Source of the DNA: an uncultured bacterium
GTDB taxonomy: Bacteria; Omnitrophota; Omnitrophia; Omnitrophales; Aquincolibacteriaceae
Length of the DNA stretch: 64,000 bases
Reading direction: 5' to 3'
Assembly (NCBI GenBank): GCA_964482725.1
Contig: CAYZYT010000001.1
Location: 4,632 to 68,631, forward strand
The translations under genes were made by a program, and so were the position numbers. Below are positions 37,388 to 47,300 of this stretch, piece by piece; the stretch's first letter is position 1, and every line of letters begins with the position of its first letter. The notes beneath the pieces are model-generated. The model made no database searches and was not told the DNA's origin. It saw only the letters and a list, made by a program, of their open reading frames with translations.

Positions 37388-37941
37388 GACGGCGGTTGCT
37401 CCCTTCCGGGTAAAGATGACGACGTTTTTGATAGTGACTCCGCTGATGCGTTCTCTAAAGCAATCTTTTTTTCCGCCCGGTCTTTGGCCTTTTGAACGTC
37501 CTGATCCGGGAACAAGGGAACCGTGACTTTACCCCCGCTCACTAAAATATCGACCTCTCTCCTGCGAACCTCAACCAATTTTATTCCTTTTTTCTCATCC
37601 CCCTGATAAAAAACCTCGCCTCCAATGACCGCATAGGCGTCCTTGCTCCCGAATCCTATCCCTTGAAGTGCCACTGCGATCTCGGGACCGGCGGACGGCG
37701 CAGCGTTCAAAACGATCCCGGGAGCCTCCGGTTCCGGAGCGGTCGCGAAAGGATCACGAATTTCCTGTTGGGCCATCCGGATAGCGCTATCCATACCGGG
37801 AGTCGCCTCTTCCGGCGTTGGGGAGACAACCCCCTGCGACGCCGCGATGCCGGGCGAGGGTTCCTCGGCGCCCAGCATTAAGACTGAGGGCCACACCATG
37901 GCCAGAAAAAACCCCAAAAAACACCGGTTTATTTTAAGCAT
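37384..37941 (-). CDS. PilP-like pilus assembly protein (4-nt overlap with pilQ).
   Basis: N-terminal anchor. C-terminal beta-domain AVIGGEVFYQGDEKKGIKLVEVRRREVDIL resembles PilP. Operon position between PilO and PilQ. Confidence 0.6.
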   Translation of the reverse strand: MLKINRCFLGFFLAMVWPSVLMLGAEEPSPGIAASQGVVSPTPEEATPGMDSAIRMAQQEIRDPFATAPEPEAPGIVLNAAPSAGPEIAVALQGIGFGSKDAYAVIGGEVFYQGDEKKGIKLVEVRRREVDILVSGGKVTVPLFPDQDVQKAKDRAEKKIALENASAESLSKTSSSLPGREQPPS

Positions 37942-38479
37942 TGTTTTTTTTGGCCCGTTGTTTTAACAAAGTTTCGAACACCAGTTGGATCTGTAAAGAA
38001 TATTTGCCTTCTTGAGGGCTGGAAGAAGGTTTCCATAATATGGAGATATCCCTGACCTTGATCGCCCCGCCGAACTTTTCGACCGCCTGCAGGAATTTCA
38101 ACAACGAGAAAAAAGTCCCCTGCCCATTCATCTCCATCTTCAACTTGGTGTATCCCCCATCCGATTCGGTCCGGGGGGTCAACGTCTCAACGTGGAGCTC
38201 GGTCCGTCCCGCGATGTCGGAGATCTTTCCAAGAAGTTGGGACCGTTCCGTGAGCGTTGCTAAAACACCCTCATGGGCGTCCAGGCTTTCTCTCAGCCCC
38301 TGAATTTCCCGGTAAAGCTCAATGCGTTTCTGAGAATCCGTGATGCTTTGCCGTAAGGTCGTGATCTCCTGAAAAACCGGCTGGATCATGACCGCATAGC
38401 ACAACACGAAGGTTGCGACCCCGGCCGCAGCCTTGATGGCCCATTCTTTTTGCTGTTCATTGATCTTCACGGTCGACAT
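37934..38479 (-). CDS. PilO-like pilus assembly protein.
   Basis: Single TM, coiled coil, C-terminal ferredoxin-like region. Operon position between PilM/N and PilP. Confidence 0.6.
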   Translation of the reverse strand: MSTVKINEQQKEWAIKAAAGVATFVLCYAVMIQPVFQEITTLRQSITDSQKRIELYREIQGLRESLDAHEGVLATLTERSQLLGKISDIAGRTELHVETLTPRTESDGGYTKLKMEMNGQGTFFSLLKFLQAVEKFGGAIKVRDISILWKPSSSPQEGKYSLQIQLVFETLLKQRAKKNNA

Positions 38480-38492
38480 AGTCTAGTATTCC

Positions 38493-40022
38493 TCACTCCC
38501 CAAGGACCCGGAAACGAGTCAGATCCCGATCCCGGGACCGTTCTCTTTTGATCTCTTCGAGTTTGATCTCCGAGAAAAAATCCGACATGATCTTTCTCCC
38601 GCTCAGCGCTTTTAACCAAGAGCTGACGGTCTCTGTTTCTTTTTCGGCATTTCCGAGAAAGCAGACCCCTCGCACGTTCAAGCGCTTTCTCCTTTTCCCG
38701 TTTTGCGATATTTCTTTCCCGGCCGCGTCTTCGAGTGAAACGTAATCCAGCGAGATCGATTGGGGCAATCCTTGCCCTAAGGAGATCATAAATTCAGACG
38801 GTGAGGATTTATCGCTAAAAAATCCGTTTAGCTGCCCCACCTTTTCACGCATCTTTTCTTTCTCATTGATCAGGTCCTCCATCGAGCGAGAAGCAAGCGC
38901 AGGGAACTCCCGATCCGCGGGACCCAGGATCGCGTCATTTTTACCCTCCAACTGCATCAGATAGGGTTGAAAAACAGCGTAACGGACCAGGGCAAAGAGC
39001 ATGAGGATCGCAAAGCATCCAATCCCCAGGAATTTCAAAAGAAGAGGAAGATCGGACCGGCGTTCTGTTTTGGGTAACAGTTGGATATCCCCCATCGAAG
39101 AGCGATACCCGAGAGACCGGAGCGCCAACCCAAAGGCCACTAGCACCACATGCAGGGTCTCCGGAGGAAGCGTCTTCGCACTGGGTAAACTTGCAACATC
39201 AAAACGGATCGTGTAATTGAACGCGTGCTCCAAATGCTCGACCCAGAGCTTGAGATCGCCGGCCCCGGATAAAAAGATCTGGCCGATCGCCTCGCCTCCG
39301 GTCAACTTGTAGAAGTAGTCCATGGAAGCCTTCAACTCATTATGAAACCGTGTTTTATCTTCTTCCATTTTCCCGGTCAAAAGAAAGTCACGGGACAAGT
39401 AGACGATCCCTTTGGAAGTGAGCGTCACGTTCACATTCCCATCGGACTGAAGAACCACAAATCCATAGGTCTTGGTCTTTCCGACCATGTTTAACGCCGA
39501 GAACGCGCGGCTGACCGCATTGTAGACCGGTTCCACGATCAGGACTTTTGCGGAGACCGAACGCAGATCTTCCAAATACGCATCCAGAACTTCTCCGCGG
39601 ATCGCGGTGGCGGTGACCGAGAGAACATTCTTATGGGTCGGATAGGAGTGATAATCCAGCGCCGAATCGGAGATCTTGAATGGAACGTAGCGGCTCGCTT
39701 CATTACGAACCGCAGCCGCTTCATCTCTTTTGGGAACTACCGGCATGATGAAGTGCCGCGTCACGACCTGCAAAGGGCTGACGGCCACATTCACGAAAGC
39801 CCCGGGCTCTTTGATCTTATCAAGAGCCTTGAGAATGGCTCGAGCTTCCGGGCTTATCTTCTTGATCCGGTGGGCTTCTTTGCCGACCGTGGGCTCTTGC
39901 GGACCTTCCGGATTGATCGGTTCGACCGCGAAGGATGAGATCTGAGGCCCGGTCACCGTGCGGATCGCAGAAACCGCGATCACCTCATTGCGGCCGATAT
40001 AAATGCCAACACCTTTTGACAT
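38493..40022 (-). CDS. PilM-PilN fusion: actin-like PilM ATPase-fold domain (~330 aa), then a TM helix and a PilN-like periplasmic region.
   Basis: N-terminal PilM-like fold. Internal TM LLLKFLGIGCFAILMLFALVRYAVF. ~160-aa C-terminal region. Confidence 0.65.
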   Translation of the reverse strand: MSKGVGIYIGRNEVIAVSAIRTVTGPQISSFAVEPINPEGPQEPTVGKEAHRIKKISPEARAILKALDKIKEPGAFVNVAVSPLQVVTRHFIMPVVPKRDEAAAVRNEASRYVPFKISDSALDYHSYPTHKNVLSVTATAIRGEVLDAYLEDLRSVSAKVLIVEPVYNAVSRAFSALNMVGKTKTYGFVVLQSDGNVNVTLTSKGIVYLSRDFLLTGKMEEDKTRFHNELKASMDYFYKLTGGEAIGQIFLSGAGDLKLWVEHLEHAFNYTIRFDVASLPSAKTLPPETLHVVLVAFGLALRSLGYRSSMGDIQLLPKTERRSDLPLLLKFLGIGCFAILMLFALVRYAVFQPYLMQLEGKNDAILGPADREFPALASRSMEDLINEKEKMREKVGQLNGFFSDKSSPSEFMISLGQGLPQSISLDYVSLEDAAGKEISQNGKRRKRLNVRGVCFLGNAEKETETVSSWLKALSGRKIMSDFFSEIKLEEIKRERSRDRDLTRFRVLGE

Positions 40023-40057
40023 AATTCCCCTTTGTTTCGCTCTCTAAGTAACCTAGT

Positions 40058-40195
40058 AAATTCGAAATCCGAATATCGAAGCACGAAACAAATTCAAAAT
40101 TCGAATGCTTCAATGTCCGAGACGAGTCGTTTTGTATTTCGAATTTCAAAAATTATGATTTGTTTCGAATTTCGGTATTCGTGCTTCGAATTTCA
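40058..40195. repeat. Second copy of the AT-rich TTCGAA-rich ~140-bp element with terminal inverted repeats (aaattcgaaatccgaatatcgaagcacgaaac ... ttcggtattcgtgcttcgaatttcac), immediately upstream of the pilMN gene.
   Basis: Read directly. Shares aaatccgaa..atatcgaa..acgaa.caaat and ttcgtgcttcgaa blocks with 31381-31517. Confidence 0.5.
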
Positions 40196-40218
40196 CATCA
40201 AGAAGTGTGATCCGCCGC

Positions 40219-41382
40219 CTAACTTGAAAAGGAAACGGCATCGCCTTCCTGGATCAACTGCAACATCCCCGCGTCGCGAAGCACCGCGGCAGACGTGGTC
40301 GGATAAACCCGGTCGATGCGCCCGACCGCTAGCTCGACGCCGCTCCGGGAGATCGTGATCCAGCACCCGGAACGGATCCCTTGATCGGCCCCCCGACTGA
40401 CCACAACAAATCTTTGTCCTTCATTGACCGAGGTGACCTCTCCTTGAAATCCGGCATTCCCGCCCGTTGAAAAGGATCCCTGCGAAAGTCCCGCGGCGGC
40501 ACCTGAAAGAGCCGACATCCCCGTTTGATCGATGATCTTTTCAAAAGCCTGGCCCTGCGCCTTCAGAGCACTGACGATGGCGTCCTGGGTCTGCAAAGCA
40601 CCCCGTAAGCGAGCGATCTCCGATTCATAACGGACGGTGATCGCCATAAGTTCTTCGCGGTATTTTTTTTCAAGACCTTGCTCAAAAGCGACCTTCTCAG
40701 CTTGGGCCGTTCTCAATTTCGAGGCCACCTCCTGAAGCTGGCCAGTCAGCCATTTCATTTCTGCGCTCTGATTCTCTGAAGCATTCTGAAGGGCTGCGTA
40801 AGAACGTCCCAGGCGTGTTTTCTCACTTTGAAGCTGGGCGAACTGCTGAGACGTCCCCCGATCCGAAGAAACCGCTTGAAGATATAAAAGCACGAGAGCC
40901 CCCGCTCCGAGGCATCCCAACACCCAGAAGAATCTGCCTAAACCTGAGGAAGTTTTCCCTGAGCCACGCTTGAGTTTAGGCGCACCTGAAGATGCGAAGA
41001 CGGCCGTTTGCGTGCTAAAAGTTTCAAACGCCGGGGAAGGTTGCTTCGCGGGAATTTGGGGCAAAAGAACGGCTCTCTTGAACGGCGCGGTTCTCTGCTC
41101 CTTATATTCGTGAACGATCTTCTCTTCCTGCGCAGCCCAGTTCTTGACGGCGGCAAGATCGGCTCGAGGAACCTCGAGGGGAGCACTTTTGAGAACAGGC
41201 TCTTTTAAGGCCGTGGTTGTATGATTCCCTCGGGCTTCGGGCCGCGGAGATGAAAAAAAATTAAAAAACTTTCCGCCTTTTTTGGGCGCGCCCGGTCCTG
41301 AGACGTCCTGTCCGTTTCGATGGATGATCTTGATCTTTTTGTCGCCGAGTTCTTGCATGGGACCGACCCTCTCGCGGTGCAA
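40219..41382 (-). CDS. Membrane-anchored coiled-coil protein with a small C-terminal beta-rich domain.
   Basis: Central TM FFWVLGCLGAGALVLLYL and a long coiled coil. Function unknown. Confidence 0.4.
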   Translation of the reverse strand: MHRERVGPMQELGDKKIKIIHRNGQDVSGPGAPKKGGKFFNFFSSPRPEARGNHTTTALKEPVLKSAPLEVPRADLAAVKNWAAQEEKIVHEYKEQRTAPFKRAVLLPQIPAKQPSPAFETFSTQTAVFASSGAPKLKRGSGKTSSGLGRFFWVLGCLGAGALVLLYLQAVSSDRGTSQQFAQLQSEKTRLGRSYAALQNASENQSAEMKWLTGQLQEVASKLRTAQAEKVAFEQGLEKKYREELMAITVRYESEIARLRGALQTQDAIVSALKAQGQAFEKIIDQTGMSALSGAAAGLSQGSFSTGGNAGFQGEVTSVNEGQRFVVVSRGADQGIRSGCWITISRSGVELAVGRIDRVYPTTSAAVLRDAGMLQLIQEGDAVSFSS

Positions 41383-41641
41383 AGCTCCGTACTCGCCCTC
41401 ATATGATGGCTACAGAAAGCATACGCGGCACGAACTATCCATAAAAAGTGCTGTCCAGACGCACTTTCAGACAGACCTCTTATGAGTTCTATCTCTGTAT
41501 CTTACATTTCATTTTCGGCTTACCAAGGTTTTTCTTGATTGCAAATCCCTCCTTCTTACGGAGCAAGGACTTCTCGCTCCGAGGCGCGCCTTTCATCGAG
41601 AAAGATCCGCAGAACGCCGAAGCTGCATTTTCAATTTCGGA

Positions 41642-42859
41642 CTAGGCCTGAGTTTTTCCCTTCAAACCCTCAAAAACCTCAGAGATGTTCCGGTGTTGGC
41701 CCTCCGCCCTATCTCCATGGCACTCGGGGAATTGATACAAAAATGGAAGTTTTAATTTCAAAAAGGCGAACAGTCCGGAAACTTTATGATCCATAAAGGC
41801 TTTTGTCCCTCGAAAGAAACCATGAAGGATAAGCCAAAAAAAACACCTCAGAGGATAGAAGCATGCCCTTTCCCATGCGGAAAATTCCCCGAGATCTTTT
41901 TTTGTTTTTTCGCGGGACCCTTGGGATTTCAAACTGCGCTCAAGAAGGGCCAGGTATTGCAGCCGGCGATACTTCCCATAATCGATCTTCAGGGATTTGA
42001 CTTTAAGCTTCTGTTGGATGGCAATACAGGCATCGAGCCATCCTGTGTTGATATACGAGCCGGGTAAAAATCGATAGCCGCACACTAAACTCGGCACTTG
42101 CTGGGAAGCATTCAAAAAAGAAATCCCCGCTTCTTCGTCATTATTGTGGTGAAAATAACCATAAGACCTGTTCGCGACCCCGATAATCACCAGCGGCTCC
42201 GGAACAATAACGGTCTTCTCGGAAAAGTAAAACAAAAGATTCATCGCGTAATAGTCGGGAAATAAGGATTGAAAAAAACGATCTTTTCCCTCGATCGACT
42301 CGATCAGTTCCCGTTTGACCAAGGCGTATTGCATGTTGTATTCAAAAGATAACCGGAATTCCAGGGTGTCCTGCACCAGGGGTTGGGCTTTCGCCCTTTC
42401 CAGTAAAAAAGGTTCCTTTCGTCCGTGAAAGAAAGGAGCAGCGCCGCATTCCTGCAAATACCCGTCGGGAAATGCCGCCATGACGCCAGGATAAATAAAC
42501 TGATAAGCTTTTGTGTAAATAAAGTCCGGGTGCTGAAATTTCTCTATCAGAGACCTCATCCTGGAAAAATAACCCGGACAGAGCGCGTCATCATCTCCCA
42601 GCATCACCACATAGTCCCCTAAAGACATCGCAAGGGCCTGGTTCCAATTTTCCGTAACCGAAAGAGAGCGAGACGTTTTAAAATACCGGATCCTTGAATC
42701 CTTCAAGGAAGCAACATATTCCCCCGTCGCGGGTCCGGTACCGTTGTCGGAGACGACAATCTCCCAATCCTTAAAATCCTGGCTCCGGACACTGAGGAGT
42801 GCTTGTTTGAGAAGTTCCGGACGATCTTTCGTTGGGATCAAAACAGAGAATTTTTCCAA
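41642..42859 (-). CDS. Family 2 glycosyltransferase (GT-A fold).
   Basis: FSVLIPTKDRPELLKQAL ... VVSDNGTG ... GDDD. Confidence 0.8.
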   Translation of the reverse strand: MEKFSVLIPTKDRPELLKQALLSVRSQDFKDWEIVVSDNGTGPATGEYVASLKDSRIRYFKTSRSLSVTENWNQALAMSLGDYVVMLGDDDALCPGYFSRMRSLIEKFQHPDFIYTKAYQFIYPGVMAAFPDGYLQECGAAPFFHGRKEPFLLERAKAQPLVQDTLEFRLSFEYNMQYALVKRELIESIEGKDRFFQSLFPDYYAMNLLFYFSEKTVIVPEPLVIIGVANRSYGYFHHNNDEEAGISFLNASQQVPSLVCGYRFLPGSYINTGWLDACIAIQQKLKVKSLKIDYGKYRRLQYLALLERSLKSQGSREKTKKDLGEFSAWERACFYPLRCFFWLILHGFFRGTKAFMDHKVSGLFAFLKLKLPFLYQFPECHGDRAEGQHRNISEVFEGLKGKTQA

Positions 42860-44602
42860 TCAATTTCCTTTTCTTCTGAATACGGCCGTATAGGAACTTC
42901 CCCTCAGGGGTCGATTTTCGAAATAATAAAAAACAGGATACAAGATCGCGCCAAAAAAAGAAGCTGCTTTTTTAAAAAGAGGACTCCGAAATCGATGAGC
43001 CAGGCTGAATCGCCAGCCAAACAAATTCCATCCCCGGCCGCCCGGGTCATCGCTGAAAAGGCCCTCAGAGACAAGCCCCATTTTTTCGCACCGGGTCTGA
43101 AGCAACCCGGAAGATATCAAATTGACATGCCTCGGCGCATCGATATGAGTCCAGGATCCCTTAAAGATCCGGAACTGCAGCGAATCCGGATTGGGCGCTG
43201 AAAGAATCAGCCAGCCGCCCGGTCTTAATTTTTGGACACAAGCCGATAAGACCGAGAAAGGATCTCTGAAATGTTCTACCACTTGCCACAAAACGATCGC
43301 GTCGAAATTTCCGGACGCCTCTAGCGCCGCAACAGGATCATCGGATTCCACCACGGGAATTTTCAGCGTATCGCGGATGAACCGGCAACATTTTGGATCC
43401 ATTTCGATGCAGGACATATCAAAACCCGCTTTTTTTGCCAAGTATGCAAAAGCACCGTTCGAAGGCCCGATCTCAAGCATTTTCCCGCTTGAAATGAACC
43501 TCTGGACCGTGGAAAGCTTAGGCTTTTCCTGGACCGCCCACCCCTCAAATTGTTTCCATGTTTCCGGAAGCATCGAATAATCCTCAGGATAATACCGGGA
43601 AAGATCTTCCGGGACAGGTTGTAAAAAAACAAACCCGCATCCACCGCAGCGATAATAATCAAAAGATTGATCCGTTATGTTCCGGTTTAGATCCTTTGTC
43701 TGAAAATAAAATGAAGCAGCGGCGCTGCAAAGAGGGCACGGTGGGGTCATGGGATCATGAGACTCCCCAAGCATCCTGGTCCCCCAGGCGGAGGCGGAAA
43801 GATCCCGCTTCATGTCCGGGGAAGCCTTTTCATAAAGTTCTGTCTGGTTATCCGAAATAAGCAAATTGCTTTGTTGCCCCTGCCGAAAGGTATCGCTTCG
43901 CCACCAATCCTCTTTGGGATAACCTTGTCCGTCTTTCCCGACGACCACGAGGTCCTGTCCCATCCCAAGGATCTGCCGGCTCAAACCCTTTTTCCCGCTT
44001 TCAAAACACCACGCATCCATTTTTCTCAATAAACGGGCCCGAACGATCTTCTCCATCACGCTCTTGCGGACCATAAACGCATTGGTTCGAATATGATAAT
44101 TCGGGAAAGGATCAAATCTGAATTTCATGTCAAAAAAATAGATCGCCCATCTCCAGCCAATGGCCAGTTTCTCCCGAAAAGTTTTTTCACTCTTTACGAA
44201 GCTCGAAACATTCGGGTAAAAACTCTCCCAAGAGCCTGTGACCCCGACGAGGCCGACTTTATCCCGACTGATCCAACTATGCATTTTTAGCAGCCACGCG
44301 TCATCGCGGATCACGGAAAAAGTATTGAGAAAACAAAAATAAACATAATTTCCAGATTTTAGCGCCTTAAAATAAGCATCGATATCATAACCCCGGTCCG
44401 GGATAAACATCTTCTGATGCGGCAATCCTTCGAGCAATGCCTCGTGCGCAGCAGTTTCTTTTTCCGCTGAAAACCCTTTGTATAAAACAAGCAGATCATG
44501 CCCCATCCCGCCACGATTCGCGCGATATGAATTGATAAAATTTTTGACGGGCTCAATGCCTTCTTTTTCCCGAACAAGATAAACCACCGCTGTTTCGGTC
44601 AT
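42860..44602 (-). CDS. Two-domain protein: N-terminal ~270-aa domain of unknown function plus C-terminal zinc-ribbon and class I SAM-dependent methyltransferase.
   Basis: CPLCSAAASF...YRCGGCGFVF Zn-ribbon. Motif I MLEIGPSNGAF. VLWQVVEHFRDP. Confidence 0.7.
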   Translation of the reverse strand: MTETAVVYLVREKEGIEPVKNFINSYRANRGGMGHDLLVLYKGFSAEKETAAHEALLEGLPHQKMFIPDRGYDIDAYFKALKSGNYVYFCFLNTFSVIRDDAWLLKMHSWISRDKVGLVGVTGSWESFYPNVSSFVKSEKTFREKLAIGWRWAIYFFDMKFRFDPFPNYHIRTNAFMVRKSVMEKIVRARLLRKMDAWCFESGKKGLSRQILGMGQDLVVVGKDGQGYPKEDWWRSDTFRQGQQSNLLISDNQTELYEKASPDMKRDLSASAWGTRMLGESHDPMTPPCPLCSAAASFYFQTKDLNRNITDQSFDYYRCGGCGFVFLQPVPEDLSRYYPEDYSMLPETWKQFEGWAVQEKPKLSTVQRFISSGKMLEIGPSNGAFAYLAKKAGFDMSCIEMDPKCCRFIRDTLKIPVVESDDPVAALEASGNFDAIVLWQVVEHFRDPFSVLSACVQKLRPGGWLILSAPNPDSLQFRIFKGSWTHIDAPRHVNLISSGLLQTRCEKMGLVSEGLFSDDPGGRGWNLFGWRFSLAHRFRSPLFKKAASFFGAILYPVFYYFENRPLRGSSYTAVFRRKGN

Positions 44603-44667
44603 TGTAAATTTTCACCCTTTATCGCTAGGAGCTTTACGAACGGTCTGGATCATGGCCCCGCGGGGCC

Positions 44668-45666
44668 TCAAAGTATCCTGAAATACTCACGGACCGTTTC
44701 TAAAAATGAGACGCTATACCCTGCACGCTCCAGGGAACGATCGGAAACCACACGCTGGGCCTGTATTTTTTTCCGCTGACCGAAGATCCCGGGAAGATCC
44801 GTGAGCGGCTCCACGCTCCCCCGCGCAAGGGCTCCTGCCAGGTCCCATCGTCCAGAAAAAAAATAGATCAAAAAACGTAGCCCGGCATAGAACAAAGAGA
44901 TCACGAGTCCTCTCAGGACTCCCGCAACCTCAAAATTCTTCAAAATATTTCGGAGCGCGTTCTTTTGCATGTAATAGACGCGGACCGGCGACAATCTCGG
45001 ACCATTCGTGCTTCCCACCTTGTGATACATCACCGAAGAAGGTTGAAAGACCATCCGATAACCCCGCAAAAGCAAGCGCCAACAAAGATCCACATCTTCA
45101 TTATACGCAAAATAGCTTTCATCAAAGCCTCCGACCTCGCGGAACAAACTCGTTCTCATGAGCATGCTTGCGCCGCTCACACCGCCCCGGTAGCCGCGGT
45201 CGTTATATTGTCCGCGATCCTTCTCCCCCAACCCCATATCGCAACCGATCCCCACCGGGGTGATCATCAGGCCAACACTATGGATCGTGTCCGGCCGATC
45301 ATAAAAATAAATTTTGCTACCCGCCGCGGCCGCCAAGGGATCCGATTCCAAGGCTTTGACCAGTTCCTCAAGCCAATCTTCTTTGACACGGACATCATTA
45401 TTCAAAAAAGCAAAATAGGGCGCGTCAATGAGCTTCACCGCATGATTGTAGGCCCCCGTGATCCCGCAGTTTTTTTCGATCCGTATAATACGGACCCACG
45501 GGAATTCTTTCCGGACATACTCCGCGGAGCCATCCTGAGAACCGTTGTCCACTAGATAGACCTTTTGATCTGGGTAGGTTTGTTTCCCCAGAGAGGAAAA
45601 GCACTCCTCAAGCAAAGGACGCCCGTTGTAATTCAAGACGAGAACAGAAACTTTCTCGCCGCTCAC
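44668..45666 (-). CDS. Family 2 glycosyltransferase.
   Basis: VSVLVLNYNGRPLLEECF ... YLVDNGSQDGS ... DxD region. Confidence 0.8.
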   Translation of the reverse strand: MSGEKVSVLVLNYNGRPLLEECFSSLGKQTYPDQKVYLVDNGSQDGSAEYVRKEFPWVRIIRIEKNCGITGAYNHAVKLIDAPYFAFLNNDVRVKEDWLEELVKALESDPLAAAAGSKIYFYDRPDTIHSVGLMITPVGIGCDMGLGEKDRGQYNDRGYRGGVSGASMLMRTSLFREVGGFDESYFAYNEDVDLCWRLLLRGYRMVFQPSSVMYHKVGSTNGPRLSPVRVYYMQKNALRNILKNFEVAGVLRGLVISLFYAGLRFLIYFFSGRWDLAGALARGSVEPLTDLPGIFGQRKKIQAQRVVSDRSLERAGYSVSFLETVREYFRIL

Positions 45667-45743
45667 TTTCCAAACCTCACGAGAGTATTCCTCGGTGGAT
45701 GGGAGATTGAATTAGAATATTTCAAACTCCGTTTTTTAAAATT

Positions 45744-47264
45744 TCAGTATTGAAGAAAAATTTTTCTTAAAAATTTCAGAAGGGGCCCTTCGATATAAAA
45801 ATTGAATTGGTTATTTTCAATCCGCCAACTGCAGACGCGCCACAAACAATTTTTAAAAAGACCCACCAGAGATATCGTTTTCTGCGCCCCATACATCCCC
45901 ATGCCGGAGTGGGCCAGAAATTGGCTCGAGCTCACCACTTTATATACGTTCTCGGCATCGTCTACGTTTAACGATTTGATTTTTTCGACGGACTGAAACC
46001 TGAAGACATCGTCTGGGATATTTTCAGGCTCTTGGAACTTAGAAAAATCTGTTTCCCAGAGAGAACCCGGATAGGGTCTGTACGTTTGAAAAAACGGAAC
46101 GTTCGCATAGGGGCCCATTTCATATATTTTTTTGATAAGACGCCCTGTTTCAAGCATCTCCGCCGGTGTTTCCCCCGGCCAACACATAACAAATGAGAAG
46201 GAGAGCGTGACATGCGCCTTATTACAATACTCAACTGCCCGAAGAATATCTTCACGGACAATTCCCTTGTTAAGGATTTTCAGCAACCGGTCACTCCCGC
46301 TCTCTCCCCCGACGCCAAACCCATCGCCACCACAAGCCTTGATTCTTTTTAAGACCCCCACGTTTATATAATCATCCCTTATGTCAGAAACCCGGATCGT
46401 AGCATTCCATGCGATTTTGCCGTAAAGATCGTCATCGCCTTCAATGAGACTCAGTAAATCGAATGTCCTTACTTTGTCCGAAAAAAAGTGCTCTTCCTGG
46501 AAGTTGAAAAAAGTGATGTCGTATTTTTGTTTTAAATCCTTAATTTCTTCGTAGATAGACCTTGCCGGCCGAGGACGATAGCGTCTCTCGGTTATGACAT
46601 TGATGCAGAAAGAACATCGAAAACGGCACCCGAGACCGGTAAGAATGGAAAAGCCTCGGCGCTCCTTGCCATCGATCTTTATATTTAATACATATTTGTT
46701 AATGCTCTCCCTATAAAAAACATCGTCGATCCTATCGGGCAATTTCTCAAAGGGCGTTAATGGCGCTCTGGACGTCCTCAAGAGGGAACCGTCTTTATTT
46801 TTTGCGCAAATATTAGGCACGCGTCCAATTTCAGTCCTGTTATTCAAATAATCCATCAACGGGACTAAGGAAGCGTCCGCTTCATTGAGAACACAGAGAT
46901 CCACCCAGGGCGTCCGCACAAGACTCTCCGGCATCAATGTCGGGTGGACACCCCCAAAAACGATGGGGGTTTCAGGGAATCTTTTCTTTATTGTTTTAGA
47001 TAAGGTGATCGCTGAATATATCTGCGACGACATGCAGCTGAATCCAACAAAAGCAATGTCCTTACGTTCCAATTCAGAAAGAACCCTGTCCTCCCACCTC
47101 GGGTCCACATTAGCGTTTATGATGGATGCGGAGTAACCCTTCTTCAAAAGAATGGTCCCGATCAAGCCAAGCCCAAGGGGGAAATCTTTTTGTTGGATAC
47201 TCCGGACGCATGTCCCGTCTTTCAACTTAAACGAAGGATTGATTAAAATGGCGTGTGATTTCAT
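45744..47264 (-). CDS. Cobalamin (B12)-binding-domain radical SAM enzyme (class B radical SAM, putative methyltransferase).
   Basis: N-terminal B12-binding Rossmann-like region (IAFVGFSCMSSQ...VFGGVHPT) and CxxxCxxC cluster GCRFRCSFC. Confidence 0.8.
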   Translation of the reverse strand: MKSHAILINPSFKLKDGTCVRSIQQKDFPLGLGLIGTILLKKGYSASIINANVDPRWEDRVLSELERKDIAFVGFSCMSSQIYSAITLSKTIKKRFPETPIVFGGVHPTLMPESLVRTPWVDLCVLNEADASLVPLMDYLNNRTEIGRVPNICAKNKDGSLLRTSRAPLTPFEKLPDRIDDVFYRESINKYVLNIKIDGKERRGFSILTGLGCRFRCSFCINVITERRYRPRPARSIYEEIKDLKQKYDITFFNFQEEHFFSDKVRTFDLLSLIEGDDDLYGKIAWNATIRVSDIRDDYINVGVLKRIKACGGDGFGVGGESGSDRLLKILNKGIVREDILRAVEYCNKAHVTLSFSFVMCWPGETPAEMLETGRLIKKIYEMGPYANVPFFQTYRPYPGSLWETDFSKFQEPENIPDDVFRFQSVEKIKSLNVDDAENVYKVVSSSQFLAHSGMGMYGAQKTISLVGLFKNCLWRVCSWRIENNQFNFYIEGPLLKFLRKIFLQY

Positions 47265-47300
47265 AACTCTCAGTTTTAAGAAGATCTTTTTAAGAACACA

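Noticed and set aside
40219-41382. Considered calling the membrane coiled-coil protein FimV/TsaP or MreC.
   Set aside because: No LysM, no tandem beta-barrel MreC domains and no FimV C-terminal motif. Left as hypothetical.
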